A stretch of DNA of 64,000 nucleotides from Selaginella moellendorffii (Eukaryota > Plantae > Lycopodiophyta), in assembly GCF_000143415.4 (NCBI RefSeq), contig NW_003314270.1, positions 1,543,048 through 1,607,047 of the forward strand. The letters are read 5' to 3'. A program made the position numbers and the translations under genes. Positions 13,346-27,553 of the stretch are shown here, one piece after another (the stretch's first letter is position 1; the number at the start of each line of letters is the position of its first letter). The notes under the pieces are model-generated. The model was not told the DNA's origin. It saw nothing but the letters and a program-made list of their open reading frames with translations, and did not search any database.

Positions 13346-16300
13346 ATGGTAAGTCTTTTAGGCCAAGTAGAAAATGGCATGAGGCCACATGCCATTCAGT
13401 AGCAACATTGGTATGCACCGATTGGGCTTTCGAGTGCAGTCCGGTTACAGATGGCGTGTAGCCTCACGCCATCTTAGGATGCAGCCTCAAGACATCTGAT
13501 GCAGTGGTGAATGGCGTGTGGCCTCACGTTATTTCCAGCTACTAGCTTTTCATCTGTCAGCTCTAATTGTTGTGCATTTCTAAATAGGCGAGGAATTGCG
13601 TTCTTCTTCCAGCCACTGTCAATGTGGATGCAGAGAAGGGGGAGGAGCTCACCAGTTGGACTTTCGGGATGGAAGGCGAGGATCTGAGCCTGTACAACAC
13701 AGATGGTGGGAGAAAAGAATGCATGGGGATCCTCATCCAAGTGACAGACACTCCATGCAGTTCCATGCAAGAATATGGACTGGCACTTGTGGTAGAGACA
13801 GCGTCTGCCTTCAAGATCCACCTTGCACATCCTAGCGGTGGTCAAGCTCAAGCCGACGTCTGACTCTCCTGCTCCAAAAAAGAAGCTACTCAGTGATGCC
13901 ATTGCCTCGGGTTCGAACACTACACCCACCAAAAAGAAGAGCCGCAAAGAGCAGAAATCACAAGAAGAGGCAGCAAAAATCGTCGCAGATAATAGTACTT
14001 GTTACTATTCCAACAAAGTATATACAATCGACGTGAGCCGTATCGACATCCAAAGCAAATACAACCACAGGCTAGTATCTGATGAGTGGGTGGAGAAACT
14101 GAAGCAGAAGATGCTGGCAAGTCCAGTAACACCCGACATCGCAGACGTGATCCCCTACTACCGAACAATGAAGGGCGAGACGAGGTTTCCAGACTTGATC
14201 AATAGGAAGGTGTTGGACGATCAGAACATCCGGTTCTATGCCGTCTCCGGGCAGCATTCTAGCTTGGCGATGCAAGAGATAGTTGTGGATATTATGGTGG
14301 GCGAGGAGGTGAAGAAAGTCTTCAAGACAAGAGTTGTCCGCCTGATAAAAGGCAACTCGCCCCTCCGATCTATTATATACATCTCCCACGCGCAGAATGT
14401 CAAGCAAGAAACATACTACAAATCGGGTCTGCACGAGACATTGGCACGAACACGGAAGCTCTGGGTTCAACTGAAGAAGCCACAAAAACCAGGACAAGGA
14501 CGTGCACTAGCAACTAGCGCCTGGCAGGTAAGCCTCGTTGCATGTGGCATAGCATGTGGTCTCACGCCATTTCCATTGCAGGAATTCTCGAGTCTTCTCT
14601 CGAAAACACTGGGGGTCAATGACACACTCAGCATCCATAACATTCTACTCGCGACAAAAGTTGTTTTTGACAAATGGGTAGATGTGCTGAGGAGGTACCA
14701 TGACGGGGAGTTGCCAAACTCAATGGGTGTGGAGGACGGCCGGAAGCCCAATGATTTGAAGCTCAACGCCTTGCGTTTCTCGCGGTCTCTAGACGACGAC
14801 GACCTTCTGACAGTGGCTAATGCTCTTCTACGTGGTGAGGTAGTCTTCAACAAGACCAAAATGACTCCCGGCCATATTGTGACATACGAGGACTTGTGCA
14901 CGACTCTGAGAGCTCGTGCGCTATTGAAGGATTGGATCTTCGAGCAAGTGGCCGTGGAGAGGGTGAGCATCGACACCACGCAAGAGATGATGGAAGCACT
15001 GGAGTTGTCAAATGAAGACATCGACGAGTACGTGAAGGGGGCCCCCAAGTTCATCGATCTGCTGCGGGATGCCACGAAAAGTAAAGCTGAGAAGTTGGAT
15101 CAGTATCCAAATTTCATTAAGATTCAATGGAGCATATAATTACAGTTGCCAAAGAAAAACAGTATCTTCTCTGCGAACCTGGTGAGTACACACTTTAAGT
15201 TTAAATGTTATCTCACAAGCTCTATATGCAGGAGCGTGGCCACCCCCAGATGCTGAAACGGCGTTAACAGCTACTGTTGAAGATACCCATGTTGGGCCGA
15301 GCTCACAACCTGCACAAGGTAAGGTCACGTGAGGCCTCACGCCATTTTGATTATGGATCGTTGTGAATATTCAGACACGAGGACTGAAAAGCGCACTGGT
15401 GGCGCATCGAAGAAGGACAAACAGACAAGCAATAGGAAAAAAGGAGGTACAAATTATATTTGCAATGGCGTGTGGTCTCATGCCATTCCTTGCAGGAGAA
15501 ACTTCTTCAAAGGCAAAACAGGCAAGCACCAGCCAAGCTCAAACTGACAGTGGTCATAAAAAGCGAAAGCACGTTGGACAGTCGTCGAGATCAGAGGCGT
15601 TTGATTCGAAAAGGAAGAAGGGCAACGAAAAGATGATAGGTAATGCCTCGCGGTTATGGCGTGTGTGCTCATGCCATTCATTGCAGATCAAGGGCTGAGT
15701 GAAAGCAGGCAGTCACCACCTCATGACTCAGATTCCTATGGCGGACTCCCCTTCCCCAATCTCAATGGAAAGGTACAATGGATGAGGGAAGCTTTTCAAG
15801 TCAGGGCCACGTTTTTCTCATCTCCTCGTCTTCGAAGGGTGCAAGAACGTGCAGAAACCATGTTAAGACAGTCGGGTGAGGATACGGTCCTAGGTCACGC
15901 ACTAAAACAGGCTATGGATGTCTTGTATTTTGAGATGGAGACTCGGCCAGATGATTTTCCCAAGATGGTCCTGGAAGAACAAGCCATCCAGCCTGAGCAG
16001 CCTATGGAAGAAATGCAGGAGGGGGATGAGGAGCCAGAGAAAGATAATGAGCAGGAAGAGCAGAAGGACGAAGAGGAGGACAAAGAAGAGGAGGACGAAG
16101 AAGAGGAGGACGAAGAGGACTTGGATGGTCCTCACAATGGTGACGATCACAATAACGACGACGACGATAATGACGACGATGGCCAGCCTAAGGTGGCCAA
16201 AGAGCAGCAGAGGAAGGTCATACAAGACAAACCATCAGGTAAATAATAGTACATCCATTCCTAACCTTTTACCATTTCTAACATTGTCCATGTAGGTCGC

Positions 16301-18005
16301 AGAGCAAATGGTAAGTAGAGATTATTCAGTTGAATTTACAAACTCTAGCCTTTAGTGTCGAGGAAGGATAGTGCCAAGCAAGGGTCGAAACGTATGTCCA
16401 ATCCTTCAGAATCAGCAGTGCGCCCAAGTGATATCGGTCCTAGTTCCTCAATAGCAGTTGATGGTAAATACAGTATAGTCGATTCAATGTGCTAATGAGT
16501 TTGTTTTTAGTAGCACGGGAGGATACCATCTCAATCGAAGGGAGATATTTGGACATGCATATGGATCCGCCAGTGGACTCTACTTGGCTACAAGAGTCAT
16601 CAGAGCTGGTGGAGGCTACTATCCATATCAACGCCAAGCAAGCTGACCACGCTCCACTTGATGCTGCCCATACCACTGAGTCAATCTTGTCCACGTATCC
16701 AACTGACGGTGACCAGGCGCCATTGGACCCACATGAGGCTGCCCCAGCCGCCGAGCCGGTCGTATCCTCATTTCCAACGGACTCAACGTGTGCCCAATCG
16801 TCTGACTACGTGCCATTGGAACCTCCCTACACCGCCCCTGCTGCCTGTTCGGTCATGTCCACTTTGCCAACGGAGGCACCAGCTGAAATGGCGTGTGATC
16901 ACACGCCATCGGAACCACCCCATGCCACTATTGAGCCAGTTGTACCAGAGTCTACAGCTGAAATGGCATGTGCCCACACGCCATCGGATGCAATTGACCC
17001 CACATTGCAGAGGAGAGTATTTCCGCCCTTCACATTTCCTCAACCAAAACCCTCTCAACGACCATCGGGAGCAACATTCGCTAATATTGTAGATGGTAAA
17101 ATTGACTTGTACCATTTTTTATGCTGGCGCATTTCATTTCAGAGTCACGGTGAAGGTACTGTATCGTTTTTGATCTGAACGGTGTCCTTTTCTCCCATGA
17201 GCGTGGCTCGTCCTCGAATGTCATTGCACCCTCCAAAGCCTGCGGTCGCAAGTTGGTCAAAAGAGACAGATTCACATTAATCACACGGGAGAAACTGCGG
17301 GATCTAATAATGACCATGCAACACTTAAAACAGAGGGCCGGGTTCAATTTGCAATTGGGAGTTTGGACATCCATGATGCGCCACAATGCATTAACGTTGC
17401 TACAGATGATGCACGATCAGACGCGAGTAATATTACCATTTGACTTTCTCCTAACGTAGGAGGATTGCTTGACTATGGTCCATGTGAGGGGTAGCAAGCC
17501 CATCTTCGTCAAGCCAGAGGCTGTAGTGATGAACCGGACTGCTAGCTCAAGTGAAATCCTCATCATCGATGACTCGCCGATTAAAACTGCAGCGAACACG
17601 CACACATATGCAGTGCACCCCATCTCTTGCAGTATGGAAACTAGGGAGAAGAAACCGTATGTTCTGGGGGACCTTGCAAAACGGCTTGGAGCGATGGTGA
17701 TAGAGAACCGGCCAGTCCAGGAGGTGGCTGCAGAAATCAACCAAATGGCAGATGGAACGGTATATCAGAAGCCATTTGATCGGACAGACACCAGTCATCA
17801 TTTATGGCATGTATATTGTCTAGCCAAGCACTATCCGCATCTCCATAATCTGCTCAACCGGATGGGTTCTTCGACCACTGAACATGAGCGTGGATGTATT
17901 AGAGAAGAGATGGCATTACTATTGGGTTTAAATCCTGATAGTGTGGAGAGTGATGAAATTCCAAGATTATTGTATAGGCGTTGGAGGCAAAAAATAACAG
18001 TCTGA
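13346..18005 (+). pseudogene. Transposon cargo gene, copy 1 (ParB-like ... FCP1-like phosphatase; MTase-like segment deleted)
   Basis: Colinear with the copy 2 gene. Has a 239-bp deletion near 13838, a 724-bp deletion near 15124 and nonsense codons in the phosphatase exon (~17150, ~17457). Confidence 0.8.
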
Positions 18006-21000
18006 GATGGCATGTATTTATTTAAAAATGTAACTTATTATGGCATGGGGTTCCATGCTATTGTATTAATATTAAAAGACAATTCTTTGAGAGGATTTGC
18101 ATTATACTAGAAGTGTTACAGCATGTTATTGGAAGTCTACGAAGTTGTTTTATTAATAATGGGAAAGTAAAGATTGAATGGGGACTTGGGCTCCACCTAG
18201 ACTCGGAGCAACTGAGCCAATATTAAAAGGATGGAAAGAAATTGGACGACGATGACAAGGAGAAGAGAGAGGTGAAGCAGTGGCAGGGGGAGGAAAAGTG
18301 ATTGAGTAGACATTTCCTTGTTTAAAATAAAATGGCATGTGCCTCAATGCAGTTGAATTTTGTTATATTTATATACTATATAAAGGTTTGGAAACCTTAT
18401 TTTACAAGTGGGATAATGACAATTCCCACTTTAACGAAATAGAGCTTTATAGTGGTCCATTATGCTAAGCTTAAGTTGGTACCTTATTTCCTTGAGTTTG
18501 CCCATAAGGTGTTGGAAAGGGTTGTAGCATTCATTTGCTATAGCTTGTCAGTTGATCCATTAGCACTTGGAGTAGATTGTTGGATGGAGAAGATGTGTAG
18601 TTGGGGCATTGACATCACTAGCACTTATGTTAGTGGAAGTGGCATTGTTATTTCAAGTGATGAGGAATTTTCCTTGGACCTTGATTTTTCTATGTCATTT
18701 TTCTTATTAGTGTTTTGGCTTCACATTGGATCTTGAAGGTGATTGAAGAAGAGTGTTAGTGCAATATGGATATCCGAAGATGTGGTCTTCGTGATCAAGC
18801 CTTGGATGTTCATTTTGCATTTTGCAGATGTCGGAGTTGGATATCGAAAATATGGGCAAAAAGATGTTCGATGCTTAAGCATATTATGGATCATAAGAAT
18901 CTGTGTTGAGGGGAATCTATGTGAAGTTGTTAGTAGAAAGAAGTTGGTTGAGTCTTGAAAGTTTGTATTCTTGGACTGAGAGTCATTCTTTCTCTAGGAT
19001 GGAAATTTTCCACAAATTTTCTTAGGCTTTTCCAATGGCTGATCTGTTGATCACTTTGCCGAAAACCATTCCGTTTTCGAAGGCCAGTACAACCTAGTGA
19101 AGGGGTTGGAATTGACTTCGGTTAACTTAGACTTTGGTAGGTAGTTTGTATGATGCAACCCGAAAGGGATGCTGACTTTTGGGGCTAAGGCAATTGAGTT
19201 GGATAGAGTCTAGAGTTGGTGTAGAAAAGTGGCTGTTGCGCTTTTCTAAGAAAGGTGACCCTTGTGCCTGTCTTCTATAGTGTTCTGCTTGGTGGTAGGT
19301 TGCACCTTGCATTTCATTAGACTCTATGAGAGTAGTGAGCTCTCACTGATCTTGACTTGGTCTTGGTGGCCCTGCGCCTTGGCTGAAGATAGTGATGTCC
19401 AACTTAGTTGTTTGAGGTTGAGATGTTGGTACTCGTACTATAGCTTTGTCTATGAGGAGGTTGTGTACCAATATGAGTCCATCTCATGGTCTTCACTTTA
19501 GTTTCGACTGAGTGTTGATCATGCATAGCTAGCCTCTTCAAGGCATACTCAGAGCTATTGACTAGGTGTGTTGGTGAGCTTATCGCAGTTGAGTTGGATT
19601 TGAGTGGTCATTTTTTTTGTGCTTGTCTATGAACTTTTATCTCATACCTGGGGTATTATGTTATGTTGGATAAGTATGTGACTTGATGACAAGAGTTGGT
19701 GTTTGGGTCTTGTGAACGCAAAGTTGAGGAGTGATTGTTAGTTGCTTTGCAATTAGTGATTACTTATAGACTTCATTAAGGACCGTTGACACTTGCTTTG
19801 CTCGATGATGATTTAGCAGTGATGGGCTTGCTTTACCGGATAGTATTGCAGAGGATTGTGTCGTTAGACTTACATGGGTTTTCCATGTTGGCATGTCGAC
19901 TCTATCTTTGTTGATATCATTTGGTTGCGTTTAGTTCGTGGTGTTGGATTTCATTGAGTCTTGGACGTGGTGATTCACTCCTTGAGGAAGTGTTATCTAT
20001 GACTGAGTATTGTTGAGAAATTGGTCTTGGATACTGAGTAAAGTATCTCTGACTTTGGTTAGCTTGGTTGCTAGAGAGTTTTGAGTGGTGATTCATTTTT
20101 GCTTTCTGCTAACTTTGTTTTGGTGTTGATGGCATTGAAGTGATGCTTTGTCATTGACATTGTTGATATTGAGATCTGAGTGAAATGAGATATCCTTCCA
20201 AGGATTGATATTAAGTTTCATTAGTCTTGATGAATATAGTGTTGATGATTTGGCTATAGCTTTGTGTTGTTGGCATTCGTGCATTTGCTAGTTAGCAACT
20301 GTGTTGACGTTCAAACGAACTGAGTGGCAAGTTGAGTTAGTTGTGTTCTAGACGAGATTATTTAATAGAGGGTTGAGCTTTAGCTTTTCCTTGAAAAGTG
20401 ATTTAGTCATGGACTATGCTAACTCTACGAGAGGAAGAGTTAGTGATCGATATTAGAAGATTGAGTCCTTGCTGGATTTGAGTTCGGGATATAGCGATCA
20501 TTAATGATTCTTTTTGAGCTTGTTATGAAGTGAGTTATGTCTTGCTATAGATGGATTCATGGAGGATCGTTTGATGATCACTTGTTGAGCATAGCTTCGT
20601 TATAGTTAGCTTTTGGATTGATGCAAATATGCTCTTCATTAGCTTTGGCATTATGAAGTTTGGCTTATGGATGTGTTGAGGAAGATATTGTGAGTTGCAT
20701 CACGATTTCTTCTTTCACATTGAAGTTAGCTTTTATGAAACTTGTGATCATTATTAGGCAAGACTTGGCTATAGGCTTCTTCGAGCTTTGGTTCTTTGAG
20801 TTTTATGCTCATTGTTCCATTTGTTAGAAGTTGTTGGGGAGGGCATTTTGGCTCATTAGCTTCAATGTTGAAGTTAGCTTTTGCATCTAGCAATCATTGG
20901 TGATGATTGAATATCATTTAGGATAGTTGATTATCCTTGTCAAAAGGTTTTGCTTGATTATTGTTGATATAGAATGATTTGTCATTCTTCGGGATGGTGG

Positions 21001-24000
21001 ATCCTTTCTTAGACGATGATTATGCATTTCTCTAATGATGGGATAATTGACGATTTTTCATGATAGTTGGTTGTTCTCTTTGATGGCTTTTGGCTTTTCG
21101 CAATACCACATGTTCTTTGTGGTTTGCTCTAGATTGGTCTCTTGGGTTTGAGATATCGATAGGATATTGCTGACACTTGCTCAAGTAACTTGAGTTCCTT
21201 TGTATTATTGACCGGGATCTATTCAGATTGGCTGGTGTGATGGTTAGCATGACTAAGTGTTTGTTGGTTCTACCACATTCATTCTGTTCTGTTGATTGTT
21301 GCTCAAGTTAGTTCTGGTAGGTTGGGAGGTTATTTCCTTTGGGTTATACATTCGCGAGCATTGTGCTTGTCAGTCAATGATGCTTTGTGTTCTTTGAGTT
21401 ATCTTTTGTAAATTGTTTAGCATACTGTCTACAATCTTCAGTAGTTAAGTTTTCTCATTGAGTTTACTTGATGATATACTTGCTATTGAATTTTGTTGGA
21501 TGGTGATTCCTATGTTTACAAATTGTGATGATCTTGGTGGTTCCTATCTACAATACTACTGGTTTATTGGATGATAACTTGCTTAGAATACTTTTGTGTT
21601 CTACTCTAAGATATAATCACTAGTAATTAAGCTTCTCAGATATCATTGTCTCTGACTTTGATATTGTCCATCTATTGATCTTTGAGTTTGGGCCAGTATA
21701 GGCAGACTGGCTTCGGCACTTCGTGTGCATGTTGAAATCTCTAGTCATGGGGTAGCTACTGTCGACTGGTCACATAACCCGCCTCTCTGTCGATGTTCCT
21801 TATTCCGTTGAAAGGGCGTGACCGTGTAAACAACTCTAAACTGCCTGTTGACAGTAGTCTATCTAAACCTTATCGACGGGTTTGGTTTCTTTGCTCAGGA
21901 GGGTTGGGGCCTCTGGCTTCTCTCTCTATGTCTCTGCGGGCAGGGCATATCACACTTTTGTAGCTGGGTGACACCCAGAGCAGCAAGGGTGGCTGACTCC
22001 ATTGGTCATTTCCTTGTCGGTGACGGCCGGAAGGTGTCTGAGCTGGTAGCGCATCCGCGTTAGACAAAGAGGTTGCCCCCTAACTCATTTCAGTTGGTGC
22101 ATTTCTCACATAGTGTGAGTACCGTGAACTTTTTCTGGAGTTGTTTCCTTGGCGGTATTCTAGACTCGCGTGTGCATCGACGAGGACGTCGATCTTCCCA
22201 AGGGGGGGAGAGTGTCGCGAATGTGACTTCAGGTATCGAAAGTTACCTGTCGGCTAGTCCTTTCGGATATTCTTACCTTACTGCCACGACGGCAGGAGGT
22301 CGGTATTGCTAGACCCTTTATCAGTCCCTCTTGTGCTAGTGGAGTTAACTAGGCATTTCGAGTGTACTTAGACCGGACGAGCATAAGGATGGAATTCCTG
22401 CGTGTTATTAGCTAAGAATACTTAGCCTGGTAAGGAGTTCCTGTCTCGTTTTGTCTTGCACTTGCTAGTGACAAGAACCCTCGCGTATTGAGATTGGTCC
22501 CTCAATATCGCTGGATGATAGTTTACCGTGTCTGCCAAACACCCTCGCTATCATGCCCTTTGTGTTAGTCTCATTTCGGTCCCAAATGCTATTTATGGAA
22601 AGTGTCCAGATTTGCTCATTTGGCATATCTACGGAATGTAGAGATCGGCCTGAACACAATGGTGTTCATCCCATGTCCAAATTCGCAATCTAGGGACATT
22701 CCATATTTAGTAAGTTTTGAGCTTGTCTCAGAGACTAACTCCAGATACTAAGGGAGGCTTGGGGTGAAAGCCCAAAGCGTGTGTTCCTCAAGGGGGGGGG
22801 GCTATGGGGGGTTCCAAATGTATAGTAGGGATAGTGGGTAGGTCGGGCATGGCCGACCAACCTGAGGCATAGTCTAGCTTCCGCTTGCGTGCCTGTCCTT
22901 GTTCTGCGTCCGGCTTGGGTCTAAGCCCAAGTTCCATTCCATGCTAGCTGGTGGAGTACCCATACTCTCACGTTAGGCCACTGGTATGCCGAAATAGCGC
23001 CAAACTCCGTTTGGCTCCGTTTTGCGTGCTGGTCCTGGCATTGGGATGCTGGTTGCTCTAGGACTGTTCCAAGTCGCTCCGGGCTCCTGTCCTTTCGCTC
23101 CTTGGGCAATATGCTCGGGAGTTGCTCCGTGGTCCGGTTCCATCACTCCTTGGCGTCACGCTTGGGAGTTTGGCACCGTTCCTTCGTTCAGTGGCCCAAG
23201 GCCCTGAACCTCGGGTTCCTGTGGACACGTGGCATGTGACACGTGGCATCTGTCACATGGCACAAAGAGGGGTTTAGGTTCTGCTTCGTGGTGTTATCCT
23301 ATGGTAAATCACCATAGGATAAAGGGTCAAAACCACGTGCGCTACAGCTCCCGCCACCCTTGACAATGCTCTTCGCTTGGCACAACGTTATGAGACCTCG
23401 CCTCTTCCACTTCTCGCTGCATGTCTTTCAGCTCCTCTTCCTATAGGTGATGGTCCTGTTCCAATGGAGGTTGATGCTGCTGCTGCTCGAGTCCAAGGAC
23501 AAGGGCGAGGACGTGGTCATGGCTGTGATGTTCACTGCTGGACGTGTGACAAAGTTGGTCATACTTATCGGCGTTGTCGACGTTTTCCGGATTGGCGACC
23601 TCCATTTGCTGGGTGGAGACCTTGGCGTTAGCAACGTCCTGTTGGTGCTGCTGTAGTGGAAGGTTTGGACACCGAGATGCATCCGGGAAATGAGGAGTCG
23701 CATGAGTAACGGAGGGACCTTGTGCGAATAAGTCAATGACCCCTCCATCTTTCTTTTGGGAGTATCATCAAGGGGTTCACTTGGCACCAGTTCATCCAGT
23801 GTTTACTTTGCAAGCTTGTTTTTATAACAAGAGGTCTCCTATTATTCTCTCCGTGTTGGTTGATACAGGTTCCAGTTTATCTTCTATTGCTCGACCTATT
23901 GCCACACATTGCTGTATACACTTGCGTCATGCGGTGAAACTAGTTTTCATTCTTTATGGCAATGGCCGTACACATGTATGTGCACGGGATGAGGTGGACC

Positions 24001-27000
24001 TGGTTGTGCATGTGGGCGATCTCGAGCATGAGTTGCAGTCATTGCGGGTGGTGCCGAGTCAAGCTTTTGACCTCATTCTTGGTATAGATTGGTTACAGCG
24101 CAATCATGCCAAGTGTGACTTTGAAGCTTCTCCCCCTTGTCTCATACTTCCTTCTGTTTTATACATTCCTTTCACTTCTGGCCTTTTTCGTCCCTCTACT
24201 TTTACCTATGTTTCTGTCTTGTTCTACTCTTCCCTTTTTCGATGCTTCTAACAATCTTTGTGTTGTAGCGGTTGACCAGCTCATGAAGGAATATTCTGAT
24301 CTCTTTGAATTTGACCTATCATCCGAGGCCAAGATTGCCACATGTCATCTGATTCCAACCGGGGATGCTCGTCCAATCAAGGTTCCTGTTCGTCATCGGT
24401 CACCCAAGGAGATCAAGATTTTGCGTGTAAACGTAAAGGAGATGTTGGAGAAGGGTGTTATTCGGAAGTCGTAGAGTCCTTAGGCATGTGAACCTCATCT
24501 TGTGACAAAGCCTGATGGGAGTATTCGTTTCTGCATTGATTATCATCCGTTAAACGAAGTGACGATCCCAAATGTGTACCCTCTTCCTCACACTGCTGAT
24601 CTCTTGGATCGTCTTGGGTGAAGTCGTTGGTTCACCAAGCTGGATCTTGCTTTTGGGTACTGGCAAGTACCGATAGCCGAAGAAAATATTCCTAAGATTG
24701 CTTTTTGTACACCATTTGGTTTGTACGAGTTCTTGGTGATGCCGTTTGGTTTGAACAATGCTTCAGCAACTTTTCAACAGATGATGGACGAGGTTCTTTG
24801 CAATATGCCGAAGGTGATTGCTGACTTTATTGATGATGTTTTGATCCACTCGAAGGGGATGTGGGAGGAGCACATTTGTGATGTTTGTAAAGTGTTAGAT
24901 TGGCTACGCGATGTTGGTTTAAAGCTAAAGCGGTTGAAGTGCGTGTTTGGGTCTAAGGATACAACTTATCTTGGGTACCGTATTTCTCATAAGGGTTTGC
25001 AAGTTGATCCTAACAAACTTGTGGCTATTCTAAAGTTCCTTACTCCGAAGTGTGTGAATGATGTGCAGTGCTTCTTGGGCAAGTGCAGTATCTCGGTCAT
25101 TTTATGGATCATCTTTCTGATCACACTACACCATTGCAAGCGTTGCTGAAGTTATCAACGTCATTTTTCATCTGGTCTCCGGATTGTGAGTAGGCGTTCA
25201 TGGATCTCAAAGAGCTATTGACGACTCCTCCGGTTTTGGCATATCCTAACTACACTTGACCTTTTATTTTATACGTGGATGCTTTTGACATTGGACTTGG
25301 AGGTGTGTTGATGCAAGAGAGCTCGAGTGTGCCTGGTCAGCGCCATCCCATTGCATATATAAGCCGTACATTACAACCAACCTAAATGAACTACTCCACA
25401 ACAGAGAAGGAGTGTTTAGCAGCAGTTTGGGGTTTTGAGAAACTTCATGCATATCTACACGGTTCTCGAATGTTACTTGAAGGTGATCATGCTGTTACTT
25501 CATTATTGAAGCAGAAGAACCTGGTTGGTCGTACTGCTTGATGGGCTTTGAAGCTTAAGATATATGATTTTGATGTTCATCGCCTAGAGAGTTCTATGGC
25601 TGATGCTGATGCCCTTTCTTGAGCTCCTCTTCCTTCTCCATTCTCTTCTCATGTTTCTGATGAGCCTATTGTTCTAACCTTTGTAGATTTTTTAGATGAG
25701 GATTCTGTGCTGTCGACGGTTGCTGTACTTAATGTTCAGTGTCCACAAGGCGCAGAGCAAGATCTACCTTCTCTTGATGAAGTTCGCAAGGCTCAAAAGA
25801 TTGAGCCGTGGATTCAAAGGTTTCGAGATGGGTTTGAGAATCTTGCATCACTTACTGATGACTTGCCTTTCCGGCATTTATATTCTTAATATCGCCTTAA
25901 AGATGGCCTTCTTTATTTTGTAGGGACAGATCCTGATGATCATTTACGACTGGTGGTGCCTTTTATCTTTATTCCGCGGTTTCTCCATGCCTACTATGAT
26001 TCTCCTGTTCTAGGTGGGCATATGGGACATCGTTGTGTAACCGAGAAGTTGCGCAGATCTTTCTATTGGCCGGAGATGCAACGTGATATTATCCGGTATG
26101 TGCATAGCTACATTTGGTGCCAAGCTCATAATACTCCCCCTCGGGTTGTAAAAGGAGGTTGGAGTCAATTTCAGTTTCCCGTCCATTTGAGTTGGTGGCA
26201 TTTGATCTTATGGGACCTTTTCCATGGTCGACTGCTGGCAATGAGTATGTCATTATTGCTTTTGACTACTTAACTCGTTGGGTGGAAGTTGGTGCTCTTG
26301 CTAGCGCTTCTGCAACTGCTGTTGGATACTTCCTCCTCAATCGATTGGTGTTTCAACATTCTTGTCCAGAGCGGATTCTTTCGAATAATGGTCCCGCATT
26401 TATGGCTAAGGCATTTCATGTTTTGACGTCTCGGTTGGGGATATGCCACACTTTCATGAGTGCTTATCATCCACAATTAAGCTCTATTTCGTTAAAGTGG
26501 GATTTATTCAGTAAAATGGGACTAGGTACAAATTTTCAAGTATTTGAAAATGACGTGAAATTATATGTTTTTTGTCCAGGGGCTAGACATATCTGGGGCA
26601 TGGTGACTAGCGCGGTGACTTTGTGTCCAGACTGAGTCCATCTGGTTGTATAATAAATCTCATTGTCAAGGTGAACAAGCCGAATCTGAAGCTAAAGAAG
26701 AGCAATGGCATGCGCGCACACACTATTTGTTTGTTCATTGAGCGTGTGGTGAGCTTTCCATGATAAACGTCATTCCTATTAGCCAGACATATAACTTAAT
26801 GGTGAGAACATTTAGATATTATTCAATGTTATCTTTTTCTAACGAATCTAATTGTGAAGGTGTAGCAAGAGGCATTGCTAGTCTGGAGAAGTCATTTAAC
26901 TCATTTGACCCTTAGTGTATTTTCATGAAACTAAATAACATTCATATTATTAAGGAATTTCTCTAGTACCTTTTTTTTACGACATAGAGGCTTGCATTTC

Positions 27001-27553
27001 TTTCAAAGGTGATTTAGTAAAAGGCCTGAGGGTGTCAAGACCCCCAACAAGATCAAGACTGGAAAATGCTAAAGACAAAGAGAAAAAGCTAGTGAAAACA
27101 AAGAAGAGGCCTTAGACTGGTGTTGATTCAGATTGTGGAGAAATGGAACAAGGCTAACCTATATATACTATAGGTTGATGAAGCTCCACCACTCTTGGAT
27201 CGAGGACAGCCTAAATACAGCTGAGGTCGAGGAGGTGCCACATCATCATCAGGAATGTGGCTCGAGACTTAGGAATCGGGAAGTGTCTCGAGAGTCAGGA
27301 ATAGGGAAGTGTCTCGAGAGTCAGGAATAGAGAAGTGTCTCGAGAGTCAGGAATGTGGTCTGCAGGTCAGGAATCCGGCGAGAGTCAGGAATGTGGCAAG
27401 AATTGGGGGATTCCTGACAGCACCCCCTCCTCAAGAACGAGTGGAACGAGGATGTGAACGAGAACGAAGAGGAGGATGAGATGAGCGGCGAGGGATGGGA
27501 GATGGAGAAAAAGAATGAGGACTGGGACGAGAAGGATAGCGGCGGTGGAAGTC

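Larger units (their letters stand above)
4959..18447 (-). mobile_element. Large Sola-like DDD DNA transposon, copy 1 (internally deleted, transposase interrupted)
   Basis: Perfect 24-bp TIR AAGCTCTATTTCGTTAAAGTGGGA at 4959-4982, inverted at 18424-18447. 4-bp TSD TATA (4955-4958, 18448-18451). Colinear with copy 2. Confidence 0.93.
3188..23346 (+). mobile_element. LTR retroelement family B: partial 5' LTR 3188-3738, tRNA-iMet PBS, degenerate internal region, PPT, 3' LTR 22213-23346; interrupted by DNA transposon copy 1
   Basis: 3188-3738 matches ~22784-23346 and ends ...GCGCTACA, followed by TTTGGTATCAGAG (iMet PBS). PPT AGGGGGGGAGAG precedes TGTCGCG at 22213. I could not recognise gag/pol in the ~5 kb internal region, so it may be non-autonomous. 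Confidence 0.8.

Noticed and set aside
18452-22212. Possible antisense coding remnant in the T-rich internal region of element B
   Set aside because: Strand bias hints at a decayed minus-strand ORF, but I could not identify any motif.
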